Notes under the pieces: model-generated | Told to the model about the DNA's origin: nothing | Seen by the model: only the letters and a program-made list of their open reading frames with translations | Databases searched by the model: none | Origin: Daphnia carinata | Taxonomy: Eukaryota | Assembly: GCF_022539665.2 (NCBI RefSeq) | Contig: NC_081331.1 | Location: 7,192,001-7,256,000 of the forward strand | Length of the DNA stretch: 64,000 nucleotides | Reading direction: 5' to 3' | Program-made: the position numbers and the translations under genes | Part shown: piece by piece, positions 1-12,139 of the stretch | Layout of the letters: each line of letters starts with the position of its first letter | Position numbering within the stretch: position 1 is the first letter of the stretch

Positions 1-715
1 AGTACGCCGCCGAACTAAGTTGGCAAACATATTGTATATCAATGATGAGTGAAATTGGAATCAGCAAGCCACACTTTTTAAAGTAAGTCACCATTAGCCA
101 TAGAAGGTTGGGTTCTAGTATGAAAATTTGGTAATCCAGGAGTCAAATGGGTGCCCTGTTCTCCAGGTGATGGGATAACTGATAATTTTGGAGTACTACT
201 TGATTTGATAGCATCTATTACATAAGACCCCGATGAGGTCAATCAAATTTCACATAATTTTCATATTTTATAATTGTCGTTACTTTGAGGAGTATGAGAA
301 TCTCGTACGTTTGAAGAAGTTCCATTTTTCGAGCCTGTCGTCGTCCTTCGAGACTTTAATATGAAATGGAAGGATTTTGTATATCATGGCGCAGAAACAC
401 AGTAACAGGTTTTGATAGTTTGTTAGTAAGGATAGTAAAAACATAGATTTCGAAAACTTTTCAGTTTAAAAATGCGATGTGTCAAAACAAATCAGCATTG
501 CCAGAAAAATTAAAGTGCGATATATTCTTTGCGGATACGAACCACGTTTTTCGGTGTGGACTTGTTGGCCGGCGTGCCATCTAACGATCCCACGATTAGA
601 TGTGGATTTAGCGCAAGTATGATTTCTATTTCAATCTAGACGTAACAGAATAAACAAACAAGGAAAAATAAAAGATTTCAATGACTGTTTAACTTTTGCA
701 ACACGTTTTAATTTA

Positions 716-832
<117 letters not shown>

Positions 833-2338
833 TCAATAATAGGTATTTGGGTTTCTTATAGACGCCATCACTCAAATTGAAATAGAACTTCACTTACGAT
901 CCGTCCGTTTTATATCAACATTTAATCCCACAAATACTCGATCCATCTTTGTGACAGGTGCGTTTCAAATCACTCTTAGAGGTAAAATCGACGGACTACC
1001 TTCTGTGCATCCTTGAATTCAACTGCCCTGTTTCATCTGCTAAAAGATCATTAGGATGAAATAGTATGCCCTTTGGCTTCAACCAATGCGTAAAATTTGA
1101 CAACGCCCATCGAAGAAGGTGTCAAAATTTGTCTGCTTGTTTTTATTGAATTAAACCATAAACTAAACATTGGATATTTGAGCTTATCGCTAATACTTTG
1201 TGCTTACCATTCGTGAGGACCAACTTGTAAATTATCGTTCATTTCAATTGACGCTAACAAAAGCAAGCTATATAATGAGCCCATCATCCAATTTATTGTT
1301 TGTGCTGGTTCCCAAACCTGTTGAGCAACTATCCAAACAACTACAGTCAAAAATGGTCGACCCTATAGTCCTCAAGACGCTGATTGATTGTAATTTCAGC
1401 CTCAGTGCACTTACAGGAAATGAGCTAAACTGAAATATTTAATGAAATATATGTTTGTAATAGTTTCTATTCGTTACTGGAGAGGTGAAGAGATACACCA
1501 CAATGAATGGGAGAATGTTGTGAAAGAATCATACTTTCCTCAAACACTTTTGGAGGAGCTCTTCTCTGGAGTACTGAATGTAGTTTTTGCAGTTTTACGA
1601 ATCCCTGAAAAATTATTCAATTCAAAATTAGTTTGTGATGAACTAATCCAGCTAGGGTAAAGCATAACAGACAGTGTTAACCAATAGCTTCACAAAACCA
1701 GTAACAACAGTGATTAATGGCACTGATTTGATGTTTCCAATTACAGATTCACAATGGAACAAGCTCATCACATCACAAATCTAAAAACTACTTTGAAGCC
1801 TGGTATATCATGTTTTATGAAGCTTCTTGGTGTTAAGTGGAGAATAGATGTCACCATATCAACAAGGTACAAAATTGCCCATATATTTGGTGTACTAAAC
1901 ATAATGAACTGTTTCAATTAGCAATGTGTGCCGGATACTGGAACCTTGGATTTTGATGGAATTTAATTTAAGCTCAGTAGGCCTAAAAACAATTCATGTT
2001 CCTTTAGCACAATTTCATAGTCTACGGTATCAAGTGGCTTTGTGCTTAACTCAGTTAGATAAGCTTTCAGTGTAGTATTCAGGATTATGTAGCCTTGTGT
2101 GAAAGTGGAAGTCTGGATGTTTGTTAAACGAAAATTTACCGAAAACAAAACTGTCTTGTTACCTTGACCAAATCTGCTTTATGCAAGCATAGCAACTCGA
2201 AATTACATTTGTGTTAAGATATTTTTTTTTTTTTTTTTTCCTAACAGCATTGACATTACATGGTAATTTGTTGCATCATTCGTGCATTGTACGATTTTTG
2301 TACACATAACGCGAATACCATCCATTGATTTTTAGGTA

Positions 2339-2475
2339 TAGGACTCATCTCTGATTATCAGAAGACAGTGACGAGACCCACGTAAAATGTGTGTCGGAAC
2401 TTCATTTTTATTGTTTCAGCTATCGTGCATCTTCCGTTAGTAAGCCTGGTCTCAGGTAATCGGGGCCAAGCCCTA
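2339..2475. mobile_element. Short degenerate hAT-type MITE
   Basis: Right end CGGGGCCAAGCCCTA (2461-2475) is one mismatch from the TIR of the 27756-28307 MITE. Left end TAGGACTCATCTCTGATT is a degenerate match. Flanks TTTAGGTA (2331-2338) and TTTAGATA (2476-2483) match 7/8, consistent with an 8-bp TSD. Confidence 0.5.
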
Positions 2476-2820
2476 TTTAGATATATTTTACATTTATCGT
2501 GAATTTCCTCCCAGAACTGGATAAGCTACCCTTAAAAGTAGCGACAACCATACCGGAACCTTCAAGAGAGTATGACATCAGTAACCCCATAAACTGGAAT
2601 GGCACAAATAATTGGTTGCACACTAATGTGATGAAACAATATTTCAGTAGAAACGGAAATTGTGGGCATGCATCTTCCGGAGGCAGCTATACCATATCTA
2701 CCTCATCTGTAGCTGATGCGCACTAAATTCACTGATATAAATGCTGTAAATTCCAGTTTTCTTCCAGATTCCCAGTTTGTACTGTATGTGGACATTGTTA
2801 TTTGTCTGCTGAAGAGGAAA

Positions 2821-4869
2821 ATGAAAGCCGTCAGTGTGTTCCTCTTTTTCTTCGTTTTCCCAATAGATCCGTCTTCAGGACAGTCGCAAGTTAAAAGTGA
2901 CAACCCGAACACTAAAAGTTTTCGCCAAATGAGCTGTGTGGAAAACTCGCCTACGACAGCTCTCTGCCCCTATTGGCCAAATGGCCAATTGCTACGCAAA
3001 GATGTAATGTATTGCTTATTATCCGTCCTAGTATTAAAAAAAAAATAATTTTATGTGCAATAAATAAGCTTAATTTCTCTTCCCGAATATTAGGTAATCT
3101 CTTTAACTGTCACAATGACAAGCATACAGCGCGTCGATGCATTGATGATAGCCAATCTTGGATTGAATTTATTTGTGCTACAAATGCCCAAATGTAATAT
3201 TTCGGAGATTGAATCTAATGCTTTTTACACGCTTACGAGCCTAAAAGAGATCAACATGAGTGGGAATCGCCTAACACGTATTCCCACCAGACTTTTTGCC
3301 AATACCAGAGCGATCGCAAAAATAGACTTCAGCAATAACAACCTTGAGCTTCTTGATAACAGCTTATTCCAAGAACTTCAAAATCTGAATGTTCTAAACC
3401 TAAGCGGAAATCGGCTGGTATACTTCCCAGAAAACCTACCGCGGGTTCTTACTTATCTTAACTTGGAAAACAACATGATCAGTCAAATTGACACCCACAC
3501 AAAACTGACAAATTTACAGCATCTGAACCTGTGCCAGAACAGAATCAGCAGTTTCAATTTCTTCGCCATGGAGTGTTCTAAACTGTATAGTTTATGCTTG
3601 GACGACGGAGTAGTGCGTCTAATACACAAGGGTAACTATCGCCATCATCATTTTCGCTATGATAGAACTTCATTGCAACAAAAAAAAAAAAAAAGTACAA
3701 AAGTACAAAAAACGATATAAGGATAGGGGTATTTACTTGCCCACCAGCGCCTATTTATTTTATGGAACTCGTACTGTAGTTAAAATTTCTACTGTGTTAA
3801 AAAAAAAAAAAAAAAAAAATTTCGCCAGAGTATTAGTACAGTTTATTACAGCAAAATGTTTATCCTTATATTGTTGATAAAATTACTTTCGAAATTGGTT
3901 TTCTACTATCGTTTTCTTTTACGCTATTTTTCAGACCTTCGTCAGCTGAACGATCTTCAAGAATTTGCAGTTAAAGGACAAAAATCTAAAAATGAAAAAT
4001 TAGGCATCGACCACATAGGAAGCATTGGTGGCTGTAAAGGACTTCGGAAGCTAAAAATTGAACGATGCGATCTTGTTACTTTAGATATTTTGACGCAGTT
4101 TGCCGGGCTGGAAACGCTTGAATTAAAAGAAGTTTACACCGAGGGACAGCTCTCCCCTGCCTTTTTCAATGGTTGTTCGTATTTGGAAACACTTGATTTG
4201 ACTGGCAGTCCCAAACTTGCTCAAGCGATCCTAGGAAATCTGGATATCAGGATTAAGTTTCAAAAACTGCACAAACTCACGGTAAAAGATTGTGACCTAT
4301 TAGACCTGAACTGGATACCTGACAGAACGGACGTGCCGTCTGCTAATCGTCCTTTGCCGTTTCCATCACTTTCAAATGTAGACATTTCTGGCAATAACAG
4401 ATTTGATTGCCAAGACGAAAGTGTAAAACAAGCGCTTTGTCGCTTTGATAATCTTAAAAGGAATGGTTATCCCGAAACAAAGATTGTAAACCGAAATTTT
4501 ATACTTGAAAATCCAAACACCACGAACTGTCGCCAACAAATGTCAACGCATTCAATACTTCTTTTGAATTTCAACAATTGCCAAGAAACGGAAAGTTTTT
4601 CATCGTCTGCCCTACCGGGCTTATCGACGCCACCAACTACCGTCGATGAAACGGTGACAGATGAAATTTTTAAACCTAGAAATGATGACAATGGATCAAA
4701 CAAAACTGTTTATATAGTTTTAGTTGTTATATTCGTAATCCTCTTAATTGTCCTTGGTACTATCCTTTGTGTTTATTTTCGAAAACGCAGATCCCAAACT
4801 GTTGCAGTTCCTGAATGTATGACCAAGCAGAGTTTTGATAACCCACAAACTATCCAGTCTGAGGTGTAG
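2821..4869 (+). CDS. Leucine-rich repeat type I transmembrane protein (3 exons: 2821-3003, 3094-3631, 3935-4869)
   Basis: Hydrophobic leader MKAVSVFLFFFVF; LRR motifs LKEINMSGNRL, LNVLNLSGNRL and LQHLNLCQNRI; an LRRCT-like NRFDC; TM VYIVLVVIFVILLIVLGTILCVYF followed by RKRR. GT-AG introns join the ORFs in frame. Confidence 0.85.
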
Positions 4870-5497
4870 TTCTTTCGGAAAACACTTATATTTACTATTC
4901 CAAAAATGTAATTTAAAATTGATAGGTTGGGAAAGGTATTATAATAAACAGAATTTTTATGAAATTTGGTTTTACAGATAATATGTATCCTTTGTTCTTT
5001 TTTAACAAGCTATTTCAAAAGAAAAACTATGGAACTAACATTTCCCTGTAACTAAATTAATAAAGAAGGGCAATACAAAACATTTCCCGCGGCACTCGCC
5101 GTTGTCAACAAGGTCCCCTATGGCGGTCCGGATGGTCCCTCTGCAAACCCATAATGCAACATTATCTTTTATTCGTGTAAGAAACGGATAGTCGGATAGT
5201 CGTGTCTCTTGCATTCGTTTCTCCTTTCCTACGCTTACCACCCTTTCCCCCTTCGGTTGAGGTTTGCAATACTAAGACGCGAATTTGTATGGCAAGTTTT
5301 TAGTGCCATTTATTTCGGAAACTGGTGTGCGTTATTCTACATTGTTAGCTATAACTAAATGATATGACAAAAATAATGCTATTTTTGTAGTAATTTTTTG
5401 TATATTTTGTTGCATCATTCATACATGAATTATGTACATTTAATGTTATTATATTTCTGAAATGGTTTACGCCGGCACGTTTGTTTTGGAAAGCTTT

Positions 5498-6285
5498 TAT
5501 AAAGGCATTGCTGCCACTATTTCTTTCAGAGTTGTAATCTTCTCCGATGTTTCCTCGTCCTCGGTAAATTCCCGAATGATTTTAATCATTTCTGATTGTC
5601 TGCTTCCGATGACTTTTCTTTGTAAGTTATATTCTAGAGTTTGCGAACCATTTCTGGTTTCTCCTCAAAATCGGCATCCGGCGTCTTCTCGTTGCCAACT
5701 ACATCATTGAGTGAAGGTACCATTTCAAATTTCTGGTTCAAGTCCTCTTTCGTTGTCTGTACTGCATCCAGTATATCTGATGGTATGGGAATCTTCTCCA
5801 GTAGAGCATCAAAATTCACGTCCGCGGCTTTTTCTCTGTCACCTAGATCCGAAAGTAGACGAACCATTTCGGATATCTGGCTCAGGTGCTCTTTCGTCGT
5901 AACTTTGTCAGCAACGTTCGAAAATATGTCAACCTTTTGTAACCGAGTTTCGAAACCCACATCCGCTGATTTTTCGCTGTCATCTACGTCGGGCAGTACT
6001 TAAACCATTTCAGGTTTCTGTTCAAATTTCCTCCCCGGGTCCTTTTCTCCATCCTGAACATCCGAGAATCTAGAAATCATTTCTGATTTGTCGTCTAAGT
6101 CCCTTTCTGGTGCATTATTTTCCTGGGCTGTATTCGAAAGCAAGTTGGGTAGTTTCGATTTCTGGTGAATTTCTTTTCCGGTGCCTTTTCATCTCTCGTT
6201 ACATTCAAAATTGTGTGAACCATTGCTGGTTTCTCGTCAAAATCGGCATCCGGCGTCTTCTGGTGGCCAACTACATCATTGAGTC
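5498..6285 (-). pseudogene. Disabled 3' continuation of the repeat-protein gene
   Basis: Same-type repeats continue in shifted frames (LNDVVGHQKTPDADFDEKPAMV; LSNTAQENNAPERDLDDKSEMISRFSD; LNDVVGNEKTPDADFEEKPEMV), with frameshifts and in-frame stops near 6000 and 5634. Confidence 0.65.
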
Positions 6286-7671
6286 ATCCAGAATATCTGA
6301 GAAGGTAGAAATTATTTCTGATTTTTCGTCTAAGTCCCATGCTGTTGCATTATTTTCCTGGACTATATTCGAAAGTACTTTGGTGGTTTTCAATTTTTCT
6401 TCAACCTCCGCCTTTGGTGTACTTTGGTCTATCTTTCCACTACGATTCTTTACGGAAATCAACTTAGAGGCAATTTTTATTATCGACGCTCGCATGGGTG
6501 AGTACTGTGATGGTGGTACGGACGCGTTTAACTTGATCAGCTCTGATGCCACCTTCTCTGCTTTTTCTTCTAGAATCATGTTCAACAGCACGTTTATAAT
6601 TCCAGCTCTTTCGTTAAAGTCAACCTCTGTTGTTTTTTCAACCTGGATTACATTCGAGAATACGTCTACAATTTCCGATTTGTCATGGAGTTGTGACTCT
6701 TCGGTATACTCTGTAGTCGATTCAAGTGTTTCTATTGGAGAAACTATTAGTGAGAGTATTCGCTCTACTTTGGCTCTGGTTTCATCGCTTCCATATTGAT
6801 AAACAATGTTAGACAGTGCTGTAGCTGTTCTTAACTGTGTTTCTAGGGTTTTCTCCTCCTTTACAATTGCTGAAAGGATGGTTACCAACTGTGACTTGGT
6901 TTCGGTTTCTATTTCTTGAGAAGCAATCGTCAACAGAGTGTTTAATATCTTCCATTTCAGTACCTCGTCAGCATCTTGAGCAATGACTTCTGACATTAAT
7001 TTCGCCATTTCCAATTTAAGGTCGGGGTTTGTTTCGTGTTTCGTCACAATCTGGAATAGGATGTTGGTCATTTTCTCTTTAATATCGGGGTCTATTCCAT
7101 GGTTCAAAACGACTGATGACAATGTTCCTACCATTCTCCATCTATCCGTTGGATTAGTCTCCCTGGCAATAATAGATTTCATGAGTTTCATCATTTTTTC
7201 TTCCAATTCTAAGCTCTTTTTGGTCTTCTCGTTGACTTTTATTTCAGGGTTACCATCGCGAAAAACGATTGATGATAGCAGAATAACCATTTCTTCATCT
7301 AAACCGGGTAAAGCCACGTCAGAAAAAAGGATGGGCTCAAAATCGTCATCGCTGTCATTTCTTAAGAAGTCATTAAGAGGAAACATTCTTCCTTCTATTT
7401 CCCGAGCGCTGAATTCTGGTTTTTTAGCACTTGAATCATAGCTATTGAAACCACTGCTGGGATAAGGTGGGTTGTAAGCTGTAACACCATCTGGAAGTGA
7501 CTGGTCGATATTAGAATATCCATTTATTTTGGAACTCTGAAGATCCATCTTCGTTGGATATTCTGTTTTGGGAATCACCATCATGATTACGCCCACTATA
7601 CATCCCACGGCTAGAAGTGAAGTGGCCAGTGCGACGCACTTAATAAAAGTGGTTTTTTTTACGGAAACCAT
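6271..7671 (-). CDS. Single-exon protein with an N-terminal TM anchor and tandem ~20-21-aa amphipathic helical repeats
   Basis: 466-aa ORF with TM CVALATSLLAVGCIVGVIMMVI and repeats such as ETNPTDRWRMVGTLSSVVLNH / GIDPDIKEKMTNILFQIVTKH / ETNPDLKLEMAKLMSEVIAQ. Confidence 0.7.
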   Translation of the reverse strand: MVSVKKTTFIKCVALATSLLAVGCIVGVIMMVIPKTEYPTKMDLQSSKINGYSNIDQSLPDGVTAYNPPYPSSGFNSYDSSAKKPEFSAREIEGRMFPLNDFLRNDSDDDFEPILFSDVALPGLDEEMVILLSSIVFRDGNPEIKVNEKTKKSLELEEKMMKLMKSIIARETNPTDRWRMVGTLSSVVLNHGIDPDIKEKMTNILFQIVTKHETNPDLKLEMAKLMSEVIAQDADEVLKWKILNTLLTIASQEIETETKSQLVTILSAIVKEEKTLETQLRTATALSNIVYQYGSDETRAKVERILSLIVSPIETLESTTEYTEESQLHDKSEIVDVFSNVIQVEKTTEVDFNERAGIINVLLNMILEEKAEKVASELIKLNASVPPSQYSPMRASIIKIASKLISVKNRSGKIDQSTPKAEVEEKLKTTKVLSNIVQENNATAWDLDEKSEIISTFSDILDDSMM

Positions 7672-8646
7672 TGTCGTTGAAACGTGTTTAGCAGATTTTC
7701 AGATGGCAACGAAATCAAATATCTCTCTTACTTGAGTTCTACATGCAATCCCTCGAGTGAAAGAAGTGCGAAATTTCCAAGATTTCGTGAAATTTTCGCA
7801 AAACTACCGAGTTGGTACAGAATGTTTCGTGGAAATTCGATTATACGTGTGTAATCGCATATAGTTCAATATAATTTTTTCTCCGAAAGTGTCATATATT
7901 AATCGAAATGAAAGATAAACAAAGAAAAAAATTTTGGTGGAACCACACGGCATTACAGAAGCTTACGTTCGTTAGGGGGAAGCGGAAGCTGGGAAACTAT
8001 TTTCACATGAAATAATTAGCTTTCTCTTATTCCACATTTGAATACCAAATTTTTAAATGTTAAATAAAAACTACGAAGCTGTTTAACAACTATTTTTGGC
8101 AAATTTGACGTCGGGGGCTCTATGTTATTCTCAGATAGCTATTTTGTTTAGATGCCAACCGAACGCCATTAGTACGGTTTTTCGCCGGCGATGGCGCCCC
8201 TGTGTTCGCCTTTTGAAATCCTGCCCTAAAGGATCATACTGCTTGCAAAAAAGTGTGTTCTAACCCTTGGCATTCCTATAGATCTGAATGTGTTGAATTG
8301 AGTGTTTTTTGATCAACGAAGATATTCAACGGTACGGTATCATACAATAAATACTAGTAGATGTCCAGTAAGACTGAAAGGATAAAAATAAAATTATTTG
8401 TATAAACGACTATGTAATCAATTCTCACCAGTAGAAAACATTCATGAGCCGTTGGTGATAAGAAAACTAGCACTTACTGTAGTCTACAGACACGTTATAT
8501 ATGGCATAAATAATGGGATAAAATAAAAATGGCTGGTGAACAGTACAAGTGCAAAATATATTTCTGTGTTAGAGCCTTCCGAAAATGGAATACAATAAAA
8601 CAAATACTTTGCTTATCAAAAGCTCTCAAGTCATCCATTGACAAAA

Positions 8647-11029
8647 TTAATGTTTCAAAGCATTATCTAAGACAAGTAAATCATTGAAATCTTCTTTAAG
8701 AATATTCATCAACTGAGCCATTCCTTCTTGCTGCGATTTCAATACCTGTACAGATGAGACATGGGGTCAGAGGATTTAAAGTTTGCACGTAATTTGTTTC
8801 ATCTTACTTGTTTTAAATCATCCAAAACATTTGGTTCTATATTGTACCGTTCTGCCATTCTTTCTGCTGGCATAAAAGCAGATTGTCGCATCCTAATTTG
8901 TGATAGCAATTCATTTAGTCGACCCTGTTTTGTTAAAATATAGCTGATTAATCTATCTAAATCCTTTATTAAGAATAATAAGGTTTGTTTACTCTAAATT
9001 GCGTAGGGATACTGAGTTCGTTGTGCACAGACTCGAGTTGCACTCTTAATCGTTCTTCTTCTGGTTGCAGGGCGAAGCCCTCTTTTCGTGAGCACTCTTG
9101 TTTTATCAGAACTTTAAGGATTCGATGCTGCAAATCTATGTATCGTCGTCGCTGTTCGCTTAGCGCTACTGATGTTTCGGATGCTCGCGATTGCAGGTTA
9201 GCTAATTCTTCTGCTAATTTGTCCAATGTTCCTTGGTGTCGGCGAGTTTCCTTTTCCTGTAATAAATATATTTGTTATTAAGCCCATCAAATGTGGTTTC
9301 AAAAACTTTTAAGAAAACCTGAAGATGAAGATGGCGAACAAGATCGCCAAATCCAATCAATGGTATAGGTATGAAATTATCACGATCAGGATTTTCCGAC
9401 TGCGCTTGTTTCCAGATTCGAGCATCGATACCAGCCGGAGGAGATGCCAGATATTCCCGCAATTGTTCGGGCGTTGGTCGCACCCTTGGAACGCAGGAAA
9501 CAACGCCGAGCGTGCTGAGTTGACCACGAGCTGTTTGCATCATTCCAGATGGCTGCTGGCTCCATAGGAATGAGGACAGCTCAATGGCAGGTACCTTGTG
9601 GATGGCACCGGTTGCTGATCGTTCTTGAACACAGATAAGGACTTCTGTTTTATTTATGTCCAACCCCGAAACACCCTCCACGGTCACGTTAAGGTTCGGC
9701 TTGTTTCCCAGTGCTGTAGTTATGACACTTACTAATTGGGCTTGATCTCGACTGGGAAAATTGGCACATTAGTTATACTTATAAATAGTATGACACACAA
9801 TACATCCATACCGAATGTCTGCTTCAGGTTTGTTAAATAGCAATACAATTATTCCATCTTCATTCTTTCCTTGTGGTAGTTTGCTATAACCAATCGCTTT
9901 GAAACGACACAATGAATTTTCCGCAGTATATTGTACAGCACTGGCCGTGCCAGAGTAAAAACCTATATATAGATAAATACTGTAGACTGCAAGTTGAATT
10001 CGGCAATTTAAGTACGTGTAAAGGATACCTTTTCCGGTTCCCCATGCCGCTTGCAGAAGATTCCAACGGGCCAAGATTGCGTCTCGCTCATCACCATAAA
10101 CGTTACAATAAAGTACAGAAGACAAAACAGATTCTACTTGTGTGCCGGCTTGCTGCGCGGGAGGGGTAGGCTGTGGTTGTGTTTGTTGACCAAACAGCCC
10201 GGTTGAAGGTGCTGTGCTTCCAAATGCAGGGGTCCCTAAAGAAAAGGATGTACCTGATGGTGCAGTCCCAGTACTTCCAAGGGATGCCCCGAATGATCCA
10301 CCTCCTACCAAAAAAGGTCAAGATTACCTAACAGAAGATGTATTATGTAAATGGTTACCAGTTCCAGAAAAAAGTCCGGTAGACGTTGAAGCAGTAGATG
10401 TTCCCAGACCAAAGCCGAAGCCAGTATTACTAGTCTGTGGCTGCCCAAATCCGAATGTTGGAGCCCCAAGGTTGGTTTGAGTTCCTCCGAAACCGAAAGT
10501 GGGAGCAGCTGAACTTGTTTGTGTTCCACTAAAACCAAATGAAGGAGCAGTGCTAGTCTGTGTAGCTCCAAATCCAAAGCCTGGGGTTGCTGAAGTAGCC
10601 TGTGTTGTACCAAATCCAAAGGTAGGTGCTGCTGCTGTGGTGTTTGTTTGTTGGGTGCCAAATCCTAGTGCAGGTGTAGCATTTACTTGTTGGGTTCCAA
10701 ATGAAAAGGGTTGATTTGCTGTGTTGACCTGCTGTCCCCCAAATCCTCCAAATGAAGTGGTACCAGTTTGCCCAGTTCCTCCAAACAACCCTCCTGGAAC
10801 GTAGATGTGACACACAAATTAACAAAAATAAGAAGAGAAGGACTAACTTGCGGCTGCATGCATGCTACAGTGTAAACACGTAATTCATGTTGTGAGAAAC
10901 CGATCAAGTCCTTTTCCATTTATCTGGCTGTGGATGTAGTTTGACAACATAAACACCATGTTACAATTTACCTGTAGTTGATGTAGAAGATTGGGCAGGT
11001 TGGAAAAGGGAACCACTAGAAAATGACAT
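8647..11029 (-). CDS. Nup54: Nucleoporin Nup54 (multi-exon)
   Basis: N-terminal FG repeats (PTFGFG); NVYGDERDAILARWNLLQAAWGTGKG; CRFKAIGYS; PPAGIDARIWKQAQSENPD..IPIPLIGF; C-terminal coiled coil. ATG at 11029, TAA at 8647. Confidence 0.92.
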
Positions 11030-12139
11030 CCTGGTAATATAAATTTCTTTTGTTTCAGATCGGCTTCGAGTTTTGTGTGAATGGTGTAATATAGACAAAC
11101 ACAGTTGAAGCAGCCGGTTGTTCGTTTTCCTACTTCAAACTCGATGCTACAATATTATAGGCTACAGCACTACAACAGCTGGGACAACTGTTGGGAGTGG
11201 AAGGGTGCAGGAGTTTGCGGCTAAATAAAATGCGGGCGTTATCTGCGGAAATCCCAGCCTTTTACCACAATTTCGTTTTAATTTACTCTAACAACCCGCT
11301 TCTCCGAAAGCGAAAACGACCTAGGCGTGCCAGGTCAGTAAGGTTTGATTATAACTATTTAATTATAGCTACTAATTGATAACCGATAATACTGTGACAA
11401 AAATGGGGTGTGAGTATTACATCCTGCAACGCGAGTAACTACATTTCTTATTTTTTAAATATTTTTTTACTTAACATAGAACACAAGGAACATTACACAA
11501 ACATTAGCTGCTTGAAGGCTAGTTCTGGCCAGTTTTGTTTCGAAATACTAACTATGTCGGTTATTAGTTTCGTGAGGCAATAATCTTCAGCTGGAAGTCA
11601 TTACAGCCATTCTAGTCGTACTAGTGGTATGGGTGTGACCAAGAATCAACATTTTTCACGGGATCGTGTGATTTGGAGAATCAGATTTTTAGCTTGTTCC
11701 AGAAACGTGACAATAGTGGGATAAAGATGCTTGCTTGAATTACACAGCGAACAATAACTTTTGACTTGTACTATATACAGCACCAATAATACCGTGGAAT
11801 CGTTTCACAACGAAGAAAAGAGGACTACGTTTAAAATATTAACAACCAAAATATAAAATGAATAAATGATATGAATGGAATAAAATAAATAAATAGAATT
11901 ATTAAATAAATAAAAAATAAGATTATAAATTTTTTTTCTTCCTTTTTTTTTAAAGGCACTGGTATCAGAAACGTATTTACGAGAAATAGCTGGTTTACCT
12001 GTTGAACAGCATTGTAACGCCACATAATATGAAGCTCCGATACCGGTGACGTTCCAGTGGGCGACCTGCTCAAACTGTGCAAGTACATTGCAGTAGCAAT
12101 CGAGCGGCAGCCTTAACGTTGTGCACGTCGTTTGTGATC

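Noticed and set aside
1..450. Possible 5' exons of a minus-strand gene running off the window
   Set aside because: An exon-like open frame exists (~92-238), but I could not establish a consistent start, splice pattern or homology.
1200..2160. Coding-like sequence broken by stops (possible old pseudogene)
   Set aside because: No recognisable motif in any frame, so product and strand could not be assigned.
3670..3860. Poly-A tracts and possible CACTA-like ends inside the LRR gene intron
   Set aside because: No convincing TIR pair or TSD.
6110..7441. Long plus-strand ORFs (229 aa and 152 aa)
   Set aside because: Antisense shadows of the minus-strand repeat-protein gene.
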